NCBI GenBank assembly: GCA_004431415.1
Contig: QPMI01000158.1
Coordinates: 1-64,000 of the forward strand
DNA from: Cyanophora paradoxa CCMP329
Lineage: Eukaryota > Plantae > Glaucophyta
DNA: 64,000 nucleotides
Direction: 5' to 3'
Shown here: positions 13,234-26,665 of the stretch, piece by piece
Layout: each line of letters begins with the position of its first letter
Numbering within the stretch: the first letter of the stretch is position 1
Notes under the pieces: generated by a model
The model's database searches: none
What the model was told of the DNA's origin: nothing
What the model saw: only the letters and a program-made list of their open reading frames with translations
Made by a program: the position numbers and the translations under genes

Positions 13234-13868
13234 ACGATGTAGATCAGAGAGATCAGTCAGAACAGGCTGTCTGGATCGGCCTTCAGCTGCACGGCAGCTC
13301 CCCGTACGTACCCCCCGGCGTCACTGGTGACTGGCAGGCTGGTATGCGTACGGTGACCGGCGCGCGCGCCCGCATGCGCACGGCCGGCTGGCCGCGGCCC
13401 GCGGGCGCCTAGGCCTCGAGCTGGACTCGGCGAGCTCGATTGCGATCGCGCGCGAGCTATAGCATTAGCTATAACTTGCATTAGCTATAGCAAGGTTCAC
13501 GCGCGGCGCGTGCGCGTGCATGCGCACATCCATCAATCAAAATTTGAGCTCGAGCCTCCACCACGTACACGGCGCGCGCGAGTTAAGGCCTGGAAGGGTT
13601 GGTTCATTTCGGTAAAACGTTTGACGTGACTAGGAACAACTAGAACTAGATCGAAGACTAGATCGAAGAAAAGAAGGGTCGACTACGACTAGCACTGGGC
13701 GCGCGGGCCAGCGGGGGCTCCCGGGCGCTTTCGGACCCCGCCGCCAGGCCCGGGGGCGGCCCGTAAGTACCTAATAGTATGAACCTAGAGAAGCCGCCGG
13801 CCCGCACACGCGGGCGCGGCCGCGCGTCGCCCGCGCGGCCGAAGGGGGCGCCCGCCGCGCCGCGCCGC

Positions 13869-16800
13869 TCAGCCGAACCAGCTGCGCTTCTTCTTCTTCT
13901 GGATGTACTCGCGGACCTCCTGCATGTTGGTGTTCATGGCGCGCATCTGCGCCGCGAGCTCCTCCGCAGAGGCCGGCGGCGCCCCCGCGCCGGAGACGCT
14001 CGGGTACGGGGCGGAGCGGGAGGCCTGCATGCCGCCGGCGCCGCCGGCGGCGGAGAGGCGCTGGTCGACGATGTGCTCCATGCGGCGCGCGAGGTTGTCC
14101 TCCATGTCCGCCAGCCGCCGCTGGATATCCACCGAGACGCGCGCCGCCGCCGTCTGCGCCGCCGTGCCCACCTCGGCGCCCGCGCTGCGCGGCGGCGGCG
14201 GCGGCGGCGGCGGCATCGCCTCCGGCTGCCGCTTCTCGCCCGGCTGGATGCTCTTCGTGAGCTGCTGCATGGTGCGCCGGATCTCGTCCATCATGCCGGC
14301 GCCGGCGGCGCCGCCCGAGCCCGAGCTCGTGACCTCGAGGGCGCCCTTGCCCGAGGCGACGTGGGTGAGGATGATGGAGGAGAGCTCGACGCGCTGCTCG
14401 ATGTCCTGCAGCCGCTGCGAGATAAGGTCGACGGCCGTCCCGACCGCCTTCATCTGCGCCGTGGCGCCCTCCTCGTCCTCCTTGCGCTCGCCCTCCCAGA
14501 GCTCCAGGTCGAAGACCTTCTGGTCGTCCTCCTCGCCGCTCGCCTTGGTGTACGCCGTCAGCTGCTCCGTCGCCGCCGCCGACGAGGCGTCCCGCTTGCC
14601 CAGCAGCGCCCGCAGGCCGTCGTTCACCGAGATGACGCCCCGGGCCAGCGCGATGGTCACGGGCCCCGCCTTGCGCGCCTTCTGCGCGCCCTCCTCGAGG
14701 GCCGCGGCGGCGTCGCGGGACTTGACGGCGGGGCCGGCGGCGGCCGCCTGCGCCTGCGCGTTCTCGCTGGCGGCGACGACGGCCTCGGCGTCCTCGGCGA
14801 TGCCCGAGATGAGGTAGAAGAGCATGTAGGGGACGCAGAAGACGGCGGCGAAGGGGAGGATCATCGCCATGAAGACGAGGGAGGAGACCTTGGTGCCGAG
14901 GCCCTCCAGGGACTTGCCGAAGGCCGAGGGGAGGACCTCCGCGTTCGGCGAGTCCGGGTCGTCCTTGCGCCCGCAGAAGAGCTTGTCCAGGGCGCGCAGG
15001 GGCCACTCGATGAGCACGCGGACGAGGAACTGGATGAGGTTGAAGGGGGGCGGGACGTATTCGCGCCCCGCGTACTCCAGGTACGTCGCCGCTCGGGTGT
15101 ACTGGAACTGCTCCTCGGCCCGGTCGGCTGCGCGCGCGCCGCCCCGGGGGCGTCAGCATGGCCCCCGCGGACGAGGCAGCGCCACGGCGCACCGATCTTG
15201 CCGTACGTGCCGCCGTAGACGGCAATGAGGAGGTTGAGCAGCATGATCACCGAGAAGACTGGCGGGCGGGGCGGGGCGCGTCGTCAGTCAGGGGCCAGCC
15301 GCCGGCGGGGGCGCGCGCTAGATCCCGCCCCCGCCCCGCCTCACCGAGGTAGAACGAGTAGATGGCGAATCCGACCATCGAGCTGTGCTCAATGACGAAG
15401 TCGATGTCGCTCTGCGGCGGCGAGGCGGCGGTGAGACGAGGCGCGGGGGCGCGGCTGCCGCCTGGGCGGCGGAGGGCGGGCGCACGTCGCCGAGGATGGT
15501 CTTGAACATAAACAGGACCGTGTCCTGCGGCGTCTGCTCGTTCGTCTCCTGCGCTCGCGGGGGGGGGGCGGGCGGGGCGCCCCAGGGGTCAGCCAGGCGA
15601 GTGCAAGCGCGCGGCGGCCGCGGCGGCGCACGAGGATGTGGATGATGAGGATGTGGATCAGCTGCGAGAACCCGAGCATGACCAACAGCAGCACCACGAG
15701 GAACGTCAGCGTGTCCGTCGCCACTGCCGGCGCGCGTCAGCGGGGCGGAACGCGGCGCAACGCGGCGGCGGTCGGCGCACTGTTCTTGATGATGGTGAGG
15801 AGGGGCCCGAGCGTCGAGTGCAGGTCGCAGACGTTCAGCAGGCGCGTCCAGAGAAGGATCGAGTTGAACGCCAGGATGCGGTACGCCGTCGTTACCTGCG
15901 GCCCGCCCGCCCGCCCGCCCGTCGGCCCAAGCGCCCCGCACGCCGCGGCGCCCGGGCGCACCTCGACGTGGTCGAACGAGAAGATGTTCTTGACGCGGAA
16001 GTAGTAGAAGGCGCCGAAGATGAGCACCATGAGGACGTCGGCGAAGTTCCAGATGGAGGTGAAGTACTTGAGGCCCTCCTGGATGGCCTGCGAGCCCTCG
16101 GAGACGACGAAGCCGACGAGGAGGAAGGCCATGACGACATCGGCGAGGTTGAGCTGCTCGGTCTGCCAGTTGAGGGCCCACGTGAAGTTGGCGAGGAACA
16201 TGATGTAGAAGGCGAACTCCATGAAGAACTTGCCGCGGGGCGTCCCGAAGAACATGTCCTTGCGGGCGAAGAGGTTCCAGCCGGCGGCGCGCTGGTCCGT
16301 CTCGCGGAACCAGCCGTGGTCCTTGTGGAAGGGCCGCCCGAACGCGAAGGAGAAGATGCCCTCGTCCGCCTCGCGCGGCTTCTCCCACGAGTTGGCGAAC
16401 GAGGAGAAGGGCTTGACGAAGGCGAGCTCCACGATCGACTCGTCCGGCTTCGTGTCGCCGCGCCAGATGCCCTCCAGCTCCGCCGTCACGCGCGGGTGGG
16501 CGATGAGCTTGCCGGCGTCGGGCCCGATCTCCTCCAGCATCTCGATGACGCTCTTGAAGGTCGGGTTCTTCTCCTTGACGTCGTCGGGGCGCGGCAGCTG
16601 GTGCTTGGTGGGCGGCGGGTGCTGCCGCAGCACGCTGTCGATCGCCATCTTGAAGGCGGGCCCGCGGGCGCGCATGATGACGCCGAACTCGTAGAGCCAG
16701 TCGCCGGCGAGGCCGGCGAAGCCGACGACCTCCATCTCGGGCGGGATGCGCAGGTCGACGCTCTGCACCTGGCTCGTGAGGCCGCCCGTGCGCTGGTTCA

Positions 16801-19800
16801 GCACCGACTGGCGCCCCTGCGGCTCCACCGCCTGCGACTGGTTCGACTTGCGGAAGAACTGCGCGCGGGGCCCCGGGCGGCGTCAGGGCCGGCGAGAGGA
16901 GGGGGCGCCCGAGCTGGCGCGGCGGCGGCGGGGGCGGCGGCGGGGGCCCGCGCACCTGGACGGCGCAGACGGCGCGGTTCGGCTCGCCCTGCTTGACGTG
17001 CTCCTGCGGGAGCGTGTCGTACCAGATGCGCAGGCCGACGATCGGGTCCCGGTCCTCGTAGTCGGTGTTCGAGTCGGGGAAGTACTTGTCCGCTCCGCGG
17101 CGAGCGCCCGTGCCCGTCCAGGAGCCCGTCTTGTTGGAGCCGCCCGGCACCTTCCAGATGGTCTGGTGCCCGCAGATGAAGCCCTCCTCGTTCGGGAAGC
17201 TGCTGTAGACGTACGCGAGCTTGACCTGCGCCAGCGTCCCCTCCTTGCGCTCGCGCGACGGCAGGTGCGGCAGGTCGTCCATCACGAGCAGCTTCGGCCC
17301 GGCCGGCGGCTGCGTCGCCTCCAGCGCGCCGCCGAAGAGGCGCGCGCCGTCGTCCTTGCTGAACGAGGGGCCGAACTGGTAGTGGAACATGCCGTGGCTC
17401 GGGTCGCGGATGTGCTTGATGAAGTTGGGCTGGTACTCGTCGATCGCCTTCTTGTGCTTCTCGTCCTCGCGCTTGATGGCCGCCTGCCGCTGCATGCGCT
17501 CCTGGATGGCGCGCTTCTTGTGCGCGAGGTCGACGATGACCTTGCGCTGGATCATCTCCGCCGCCGACTCCTTGGTCATGCCGTCCTCGATCATCTCGTC
17601 GAGGATCTCGACGGCCAGCTCGAGCGCCGCCATCTTCTTCTCCGTGTACTCCTCCCGGCGCGGCTCCTCCTGCTCCGCCAGGCGCCCGTAGTGCACCGCG
17701 AAGAGGACGGCGGCGTGCAGGCGCCCGTCGACGCCGTCGGCGTCGTACGAGCAGCGGGAGCGGACGACCTTCGGGACGTTGACCTCCTTCTTGCGGGCCA
17801 GGATCTCGATGACGCCGAACTTCTCGCGCGGCGCGAAGGTCGTCAGGTTCTCCGCGAACTTGATCTTCTTGATAAACTCGGGGCTCTCCTCCCCGTGCAT
17901 CTCCCCGCCCTCCTTGAGGGCGGCGATGGCGAGGTCCGACGTCTCGTCGCGCCCCGCGTAGGCCGCCCACAGGAGCGGGTTCATGCCGGACACGTCGTCG
18001 TTCAGGATCTGGCCGAGCTCCAGGCCGTTCAGGTCCCCGAAGACCTCCTGGAAGGCCGACTCGCCGAAGCCGTAGATCGCCGCGTAGGCGAGCGGGACGC
18101 GCCCCTGGTTGTCCTCCATCTTGAGCAGCGCGTTCGACCCCTTGGAGTTGATCAGCGTGCGCGCCAGCGAGATGGCGTTGTTGTCGTAGCTGCTGTTGTT
18201 GAAGTGCTTCGTGCAGAGGTGGAGCGCGGTGCGGCCGAGCGCGTCCTTCGAGTCGACGACCGCCTCGTAGAGCAGCAGCTGCCGGAGCGATTCCTTGAAG
18301 TTGTCCGACTCGTCGAAGCCGTTGGCGGCCATGTACATGAGCGCCGTCCGCTTCCGCGCGTCCTTCGCGTTCGGGTCCACGCCGGACTGCAGCAGGACGT
18401 CCACCATCACGCTGTTCTTGCCCACGAATTTCTGCGTTCGGCCCCGGTCAGCCCCGCCCGGCCCCGCCCCGCCCCGCCCCGCCCCGCCCCGCAGGCCGCC
18501 GCTGCTCCTCCCGGCGCCGGCCCGGCCCGGCCCGGCCGCACCATGAGCGGGGTAACGCCGCCGTCGTAGATGGTGCGCCGGAGGACGTCGCGGACCTCGT
18601 CGGAGACCGCCGCGCGGGCCGACGTGTCCGTGTTGCGCCCGATCAGGATCGAGGTCATGTCGTCGTCCTCACGCTCCAGCGCGTACTGCAGCGCCACCTT
18701 CTTGAACTTGTCCTGGGCGTACTTGTCCGCCGGCTGCGCGCGCGCCCCCGGCGCCGTCGGCTCGCGCACTCGCTCGGCGCCGAAACGCGGGGGCGGGGCC
18801 GGCGCGCACGTTCCAGCGCAGGACCTGGATATCTTGCGCGCCCCGGATCTCCAGCCCAGTTTTCGGGTCGCGGGGCTTCTCCTTGATCATCTCGGGCTCA
18901 AGAAGCGTCTTGACCACCTCCTGAGAATCCTGCATCGACGCGTAGATCTGGAGAGGAGGGGCGCGGTTAGAGGCGGCTGGGGCGGCCTCCACAACGGGGG
19001 CATACGAGGGGCGTGCGGCGATCGGCGTCGGGCGCGTCGATCATCTGCGGCGAGGTGGGAGGATTAGGGTGTGCGCGGCGCTACTCTGCGCGAGACCGCC
19101 GCCGGCGCACGTCGGTAAAATGGAACTCGGTGATGAGCTTCTTGCACATGTCTGCGTTGCCGCTCTGGGCCGCGACGCTGCCCGCCTGTCAGAGACGGTG
19201 CCGGGGCGGGCGGGAGAATCGGGAGGGGCGGGCGGCGCTGCGCACTGGAGGAGGTTCTGGTACTTCTGGTTGAGGGTGTGCTTGATGATGGGGAGCGGCT
19301 GCGGCTGGAATTGCCGGCGGTCGCGCTGCGCCTCCTCCTGCTGGCGCCGCTCGAGCTGCATCTGCCTGGTGACCTCCTCATCGTCGTCCTCGCTGTGCTC
19401 GATCTGGTCGTCGTCGCTGTTCTCGCCCTCGTCCGAATCGAACGAAGTGTACGCCGGCGAAGTGCGCCTGCGGCCCCGGCCCCACCCCGATCGGCCCGGC
19501 CCAACTCTGCTCTGGCGGCGCAGCGCACCAGCTGCCGTTCTTCGTGAAGAAGTACTTCAGCAGCCTGTTATTCGAGCTGCGGACGCAGTAGAAGGCCGCC
19601 TGCGGTGCGCGTGAGGAACTCCGAGCGGGCGAAGGAAGCCGCGGGCGCGGCGGCCGCGCACCGTCTCGCCGTTCTTGTTGCGGATGTGCGGGTCGGCCTT
19701 GTACTTGAGCAGAAGACGCATGATCTTCGTGTTGCCGTCCCTGGCCGCCTGCGGGGAGACGGCCGGCTCGTCAGCTGGGGGCCGCGCGGCTCGGGCGGGG

Positions 19801-21133
19801 CGGGGCGGCGTGGCGCGGGGCGGCTCTCGCCTTCATGAGGATGGTCTCGCCGGTGGAGTCCTCCTTCTGGGACTCGGCGCGCTGGTTGATGAGCGTCGTG
19901 CGAACGCGCTCGTCCTTGATCGCGTGGATGAAGTCGCGGAGCTTCTCCGACTCGTTCTCGTAGACGTACATGAGGAAGTTCTTCCCGTCGATGTCGACGT
20001 GCGGGTTGTCGGACCTTGAAACGGGGGCGGTCGGCCCAAGAAAGGAACTGGGGACGGGGGTTAGAGGGGGCCGCACCCCTCGCCGAACTGAAGATCCGGG
20101 GGGAACAGCTTCAAGGGCGGGTCCATATCGCAACCCCCAAGATACCACCTGAGCCCAAGGTCAGAGAAGCGGCCAGTGCGAAGAGGGGCAGCGAGGGCCG
20201 CACAAGGCGAGGTCAATCTGGTCCTTGGCGATCATCGACATGACGAGCGTGCGCTTCGCGCGCAGAGTACGGATTTCGAGGATGTTGTGGTTCTGAAAAG
20301 CCGCGGTTTAGCACCCGGAAAAGGAAGGAAGGGCGGAGGACGGGCGACGAACGCCGAGCTTGCGGATGTAGTCCTGGAAAATGATCTTGTAGTACGGAAC
20401 GAGGTTGCCGCTGCCCTCCCTGAGAACGTTGAGGCCAGAGAGAAGCGGGTGCTCCCGCTGCTTTTTCTTCTGATCCTCCGCCTTCTTGTTCTTGTCCTTC
20501 TCGTCAATCTCGTAGCCGGACCACATGGAGTCCGCGCCCTTCTTAAGGAGCCTGCGCGAGAGTATGCGGTGAGCGGGCAGTGCAAGGCGAGAACGCAGGC
20601 GCCACGTACACACGGACGCCGGGCGGGAAGAGCTCGCGGGCGGCCTGAGCGAGCGCGTCCGCCCGCTCCTCTTCCGGATACGGGCCACTGCCGAGATCTT
20701 CATTCTCATCGATCATCTTCACCAGCTCCTGCGCCTTCTCCGCGACCTGCGACGCGTTGAGCCTTCCCCGCTCGATCAAATTAAGCGCTGCTGCCCTCAC
20801 CAAGTCTTCGACCTCGTCCACATCCTTGTTCTCGCTGTTCTGTTTGTCCCATGATATGCGGGCGAAGAGCTCGGGCAGCGGAACCCGAGGGGGAGGCCGA
20901 CTGCGAAGCGACCGAAGGGACAGCGGGTTAGATTTCGAACGCGCCGTGGTCGGTCGCGAATGCTAGGCGCATATCCAGTTTGTATCTATGATTTAGATTC
21001 GAGGAGCGACGCGGTACGGTCCAGCCGTCGCGTGCCCGTCGGCAGCCCGGCCGGCCGCAGGGCCTTCGACGGAGCGGACAAACGAGCGAGCGACTCACAC
21101 AAGCAGCTCCTGACGTCCCTGCTCAGTCGGCAT
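13869..21133 (-). CDS. Ankyrin-repeat TRP-type cation channel with inserted jacalin-like beta-rich domain and C-terminal coiled coil
   Basis: Ankyrin repeats (GETILMKA, GVTPLM, KRTALMYMA, GRTALHLC, GRVPLAYAA); TM region YFTSIWNFADVLM, LLWTRLLNVCDLHSTLGPLLTIIK, S6/TRP box MIMLLNLLIAVYGGTYGKI/AEEQFQYTRA..PPPFNLI. Start inferred as MPTEQGRQELLV. Confidence 0.85.
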
Positions 21134-21432
21134 CGTTGCCAGACGCGGCCTGCGACGACAGTCAGTTGGCTGCTTCTGTTCAAGAACTGAAGGGCGGCCG
21201 AACGCCGGCAGGGGTATTTAGCGCGATGAAAGGCCGCTATGGGAGGCTGCGCACCGCGATGCGAGCCGCTGGCCGGAACGGTGCGCCTGGCCGGCTGGAT
21301 CGACGTCGACTCCCGCTACACGGAGCCTTGCTCTAGCTGGGTGTACCCCGGACCGGTCTGAAAAGCGCTGAAAACCGGAGCTCGCACTCGGCGGGCGGCG
21401 ATCGCGGCGTACGCGTATCAGCACTAGCGAAG

Positions 21433-23129
21433 ATGGCGTTCTGCCTGGCCGCTACATCGTCCAGCGCGACGTTCGGCGTGCGCCGCGTGCAGCGTGCGTC
21501 AACTGCTGGCGTCTGCAGCAGTGCATCCGCTAGCGCTAGCTCCTCCAAGGCCGGAGCACCAGTTCGAGTCGACCACGAGTTCCTGGGCATGAGCGTATCG
21601 CATCGCAGCGTCTTCTTCGTGCCGAATGAGCGCGCGCGCTACGTATACCGGCGAACGTCGCCCGCGGTTAGCGTTCCCGCTGCGGCGTCGACCTCGGCGT
21701 CATCGGCCCAAGCCCCGGCCGCTGATGCGCCTGAGCTGGAGGTGCGCATTCAGCGATCGAGCGCTTCGCGTGTTGTGCTCTGACATCTTGTCCCCTCCTT
21801 TTGAAGCTGCACTTCGCTCTGCCGCCCTCCGGTGCGCCTCAGCTGCGGCCTCTGCTGTTCGTCCACGGCAGCTTCCACTCGGCGTTCTGGTGGGCCGCTT
21901 TCTCGCATTGACCATATGCGTGTCTGTGCTGACAGGCCCCCAGCTGGGAAGAGAACTTCCTTCCGTACTTCGCGTCACTGGGCCACCCATCATTCGCCGT
22001 AAGCCTGCGCGGGCACGGCGGGAGCCCGACCACCGGCATCGAGGACCGCGCCCCGGTCGTCAAGGACTACATAGAAGACATCCACTGGGCCTGTGCGCTT
22101 TTGATTTCTAGTAGTTCGCTTTCTCGAGCGCCGCCAACGTCTGCGTTCTTCTGCAGTCGATGAGATTGAGCGGCGCGCCCCGAACGCGGGCGAGCCGGTG
22201 ATCGTGGCCCACAGCATCGGCGGCCTCGTGCTCGCCAAGTCAGTCCACCCCACACGCGGCGCCGCTCCCGCGCCGCGCCGCCGAGCTGATTTCGAAATCG
22301 CGCCCCGCAGCTACATCGAGCAGTACCAGCCCGAGCGCGCCGTGTTTATGTGCTCCATGCCGCCTAGCGGGATTGTGAACATCGCGAAGCGTACCCTTCT
22401 GCGGAACCCTTTCGAGGTCTGGGAGTTCGTTCAGGTCCGCACTGTACCCCTCCCGAGTCCACGGCCAGCGGCGCCGTACCCCTCGATCTGCGAACGCCGT
22501 ACCCCAGGCGTTCGGCATGAAGAAGGCTCTGAAGGACGTCAAGCTCTGCCGCCGCGCCTTCTTTTCCGAGGGTTTGCGTACCCCTTTTGAGTGCCGTGTA
22601 CCCCGGCGAACTGGCAGGCGCAGGGGTACCGGACACGGAAGTCGAGAAGCACATGCGGAGGCTAAAGGCGCCCCCACGGACTCTTTCCCTTGGCAAGGTC
22701 CGCCGTTCGGCCCGGAGTCCCTTCCGACCGTACCCCCTCCTCATTTTCGTACCCCCAGATTTCGCTTCCCGATCGGTCGAAGCTCCCCGGGAAGACCCGC
22801 GCCCTCGTCCTGGGCGCCCGCAACGACTTCGTGGTCGACGTGCGTATCCCCCAAAGGCGATTATCTATCTATCCATCCCGTACCCACCCGTCCGACCGTG
22901 CTGTACCCAGGTGCCGGCGGTGCACGAGACGGCGGAGGCGTTCGGAGTGGATGCCACCGTCTTCGAGGTCAGCTTCCGGCGCGGCTCTAGATCTCAGGCT
23001 CCGGCGCCCGGGGCGCCCCGCGCCGCTGACGCACGCCCGGCCCCTCGGCAGGACGCGGCGCACGACCTGATGCTGGAGCCGCGCTGGCGGGACGCCGCCG
23101 ACGTCATCGCCGCGTGGCTCCGCAGCTAG
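21433..23129 (+). CDS. Alpha/beta-hydrolase fold protein with putative plastid transit peptide
   Basis: MAFCLAATSSS Ser/Ala/Arg-rich leader; nucleophile elbow AHSIGG; LVLGARNDFVVD (Asp) and AAHDLMLEPRW (His). Confidence 0.85.
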
Positions 23130-23242
23130 CTAGCGCCCCTGCTAGCCACGACCAATCGTTCCCGGCGTCGACGTCGGATCGGGCGTTCAAGCTCCATATA
23201 GTTATACATAAGCTTGCTATCAACGTTACGCAAGGGGCACGC

Positions 23243-24890
23243 CTAGGGTCGGGGGAGGTCCGGCGGGCTGGCGGCCTCCGCGGCGGCGGCGGAGGCGGCG
23301 GCCTGCAGCTGCGCGGCCGCCGCCTCCGCGATGGTCGCCGCCTTCGCGAGGCGGGCGGCCGCTGCCTGCGACTGGAGCGTCGGCAGCGCCCGGACGCTCT
23401 CGTCAACTTTCGAGCGGAGGATCTGAAGAGGGGGTACGGCATCGGACGGGGGTACGGGCACGGGGCGCGGAGGGGCGGCGGGGAGGGGGTACCTGGAAGG
23501 CGGGGGTGACCCAGTGGCCGCAGGAGCACTGCAAGGAGACGGGGGCGTTGGAGGGGAAGTAAGGGAGGGCGGGGGCGGGGTGGCGCGCCTGCATGCCGGA
23601 CCAGGCGAAGCTGCCGATCTTCGCGCTGCAGCGCGGCCCGGAGCACACGATTCGCCCTGCCCGAGACTCAGCTAAGGCGAAGCCGGAGCGCGGAAGCTGG
23701 CGCCGGTCTCCCGTACCCTCCGCCGCGCTCAGGTCGCCCATCCAGTCCGCCACGTCGATGAAGATGGACGTGCAGTCGGCGTCCGCGCGCCCGGCCTGCG
23801 TCCGGCCCGTGAGACGGGCCCGTTTGCACATACTTCCGTGTACCCCGGGCACACCCGGTCGCGCTTCCGCCAGGCGAAGGAGGACTGCCCCTCGCCCGAG
23901 GCGTGCTTCACGACGGCGTTCTCGTCGAAGAGCTCGTGGCCGCAGAGCCTGCAGCGGTACCGCCTCGGGCCTGCGAGGGCCGAGGGGGTACGCGTTCGGC
24001 GGGAGAGGGGGGTACGGCGCGCGCGGAGGAGAAGGCGTACCCGGGTCCTCGGAGGAGAGGGACTCGAGGGTGGACGCGAGCGCGTCGACGTCGACGACGC
24101 CAGTGGACTTGAGCTCCTGCTCGTACCTCCGCAGCTGCCGCATGAAGCTGCGGCCGCGTCGGGCGGCGGTCGCGGGGGGCGGAAGTGAACGGGGTACCCG
24201 GAGTTGGGCCCCGCGAAGGAGCGGACCGACTGGATCAAATCGAGCGCCGTGTCCACGTCGTGCTTGTGGTGCCTGACCAGGTACGCGATCACAGCCGACA
24301 CGGATCGGGAGACGCCCGCCTGGCTGCGGGGGAGGGCGGCGGGCCCCTTCAGAGCCATGCGATTCCTCGAGGGGACGGAAGCCGGCCGCACCAGTGCACG
24401 AGGACGCCGCCGGCCTCTCGGCCCTTCTCTATGAACTCGACACACTCTGGAATGTGCTTGAGGATGTCTTCACTCTCCATGTCTAGGATGTCCACGACCT
24501 TGTGCTGGATCGTCTGCGCTGGCAGGTTTGACGGCAGTCCGCCCTTGGCAGCGAGGGGGCGGGCCAGCGCGCACCGGCGGATAGCTAAGCGTGAGGCCAC
24601 CAGCCATCGTCAGCACGTGCTGCGGGGCGCCGTCGCAGTCAGGCTGGCCGCCGCCGCCGCGTCGGCCCCCGCACCGTAATCCCGTTTGACTCGACGGCGA
24701 CGTTGTCTTTCGCAGAGAAGACGCTACCGACCCACAGCTTCTCCATCACGAGGCTCGCGCCTGGGATGGGGCGCCTGTGGGACCGCATCTCCTGCTTCAG
24801 CTCTTCGATCCGCTTCACCGTCTCAGCGTGTGCGCGCTTGCGCTGCTCGATCTCCTCGGCGATGCGCTTGTCCTCGCTATTCTCGCTCAT
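23243..24890 (-). CDS. DUSP12: Dual-specificity phosphatase 12 / Yvh1 with C-terminal zinc-binding domain
   Basis: LWVGS, VLVHC/QAGVSRS active site, PNSGFMRQL, then YRCRLCGHEL, CTSIFI, RCSAKIGSFAWSGMQ/CSCGHWVTPAFQ. Confidence 0.92.
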
Positions 24891-25220
24891 CTTGCTGTCC
24901 CGAGCGCTGCCGCTCTTGTCCTCGTACGAAGGGAGGCGATCGGCTCGGCGTGGCGCCGGCGGTCTCGCGGGCGCAGATAGTGCCGCCAATCACTATGAAT
25001 GCTGCCGAGTCGCGGCGACAGCAGAGCTGACAGCTCAGAGCTTCCCTGGCGGGGTACACGCGCACGTTCCGAGACCGAAGTCCGAGCTAGCCGCGCGAAA
25101 GCCCTGGCGATCGGGTCGCGCGCGTAGAGCCATACCTCAGCAACAGCTGGGCAGCCCCGCGACCGCGATCAGCCCGCATACGCCCAGCTCGCTCGCGCGG
25201 CCCAGCTACACTCTGCGACA

Positions 25221-26665
25221 ATGCTGAAGCGCGCGAACTATCAGCTAACGCACGGGAAGGGGAGCGACGAGGACGAGAGCAGCAGCGAGGAGGAGCGCAA
25301 CGCGTCCAGCAGCGAGGAGTCCGGGTCCGAGAGCGGCAGCGGCAGCTCGAGTGGGGGAGAAAGGCGCGATCGGAAGGCGGCGCCGCAGCCGTCTGCAAAG
25401 CAGCGCCCGGCGGCGAAGCAACGCGCGGACGACCGGGCAAGATCGATCCCGCAGCGCCAGCAGAAGAAGGCGCAGCCGGCCAAGCGAGCACGCAAGGACG
25501 AGAGCAGCGAAGACGAGAGCGACGATGGCGTGGACATAGACGATGAGCTTGCGCAGCTCCGCGGCCTGGCCCAGGGCGCCCGCGGGGCGGGCCTCATCCG
25601 CCGTCGCATGGACGACTCCGACGAGGAGGACGAGCAGGACGAGGCCCCGCGGTTCAGGAGAGTTCAGGAGGAGGACGACGACGAAGAAGATGACGAAGGG
25701 GGAGAGGAGCAGGGCGGCAGCAGCGAAGGCGAGGACGAGGGGAGTGACGAGGGGAGCGAGGTGCCTGCCCCCAGCCGCCGCTCGCGCGTGCGGCGCGTCC
25801 CCGCGAGGCCTCCTGACGCGGACGGCAGAGCGGCGAGGAGGTAGAGCTGGGCGACGACATCAAGGTCCCGACGCGCAAGGGCATACCGCTCTTCCGCATC
25901 GTGAGGCACGGCACCGTGCTCAAGTGCAGCCTCTGCCCCGAGAAGCTGATCCTGAACGAGAAGAACCTCAAGGAGCACATCGACAGCAAGGTGCCTGGCC
26001 GCTCCCTCGCCGCGCCCGGCGCCGCGCCGCGCGCGCGATTTGATCGGACGCCGCGCGCCCAGTTCCACCAGCGGGCGCTAAAGGACTTAAAGCGGCAAAT
26101 CATGTCCCCGGAGGAGATCGCCGGGCGCAAGGCCAAGGGCGAGAAGAAGCGCGAGCGCTGGCGCAAGAACGTGCGCCGCCGTCCCGCGCCCACGCGCGCC
26201 TGTTGAAGCCCGAGACGCGCCGCTGACTCGCTTTCCCTGCCACAGAAAAAGGAGCAGAAGGTGGACAAGAAGAGCGAGGCGAAAGCTGCGGCGGGGGACA
26301 GCGGCAAGCAGAAGGCGGAGGGCGGCAAGGGCGGCGGCGCCGGCAAGCCCAAGCCCAAGGGCGACGGCGGCAAGGAGAAGGGCGCCGCCGGCGGCGGCAA
26401 GCCGTCCCCCGCAAAGGGCGGCAAGCCCAAGGAGGCAGCCGGCGCCGCAGGCGGCAAGCCCTCCCCCGCGCCTGCGGGCGGCAAGGCGAAGGAGGGCGCC
26501 GGGGCGAAGGCCGGCAAGCCCCAGGGCGGATCCGGCGGCCCGGCGCCCAAGGCCGACGGCGGGGGCAAGCCCGGCAAGGAGAGGGCCGGCCCCAAGGGCG
26601 GCGACGGCCAAGGGCGGACGCCCAAGGCGGAGCCGAAGCCCAAGAAGGCCAAGCAGGCCGCGTAG
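25221..26665 (+). CDS. Acidic/basic low-complexity protein with single C2H2-like zinc finger and G/K/P/A-rich tail (possibly nucleolar)
   Basis: LKCSLCPEKLILNEKNLKEHIDSK/FHQRAL; acidic N-terminus; KP/GGK repeats; canonical introns. Confidence 0.65.

Noticed and set aside
13771-18569. Long antisense and alternate-frame ORFs (300-600 aa) over the TRP gene, and similar ones elsewhere
   Set aside because: Shadow ORFs from high GC3; Arg/Pro/Gly-rich with no domain signal.
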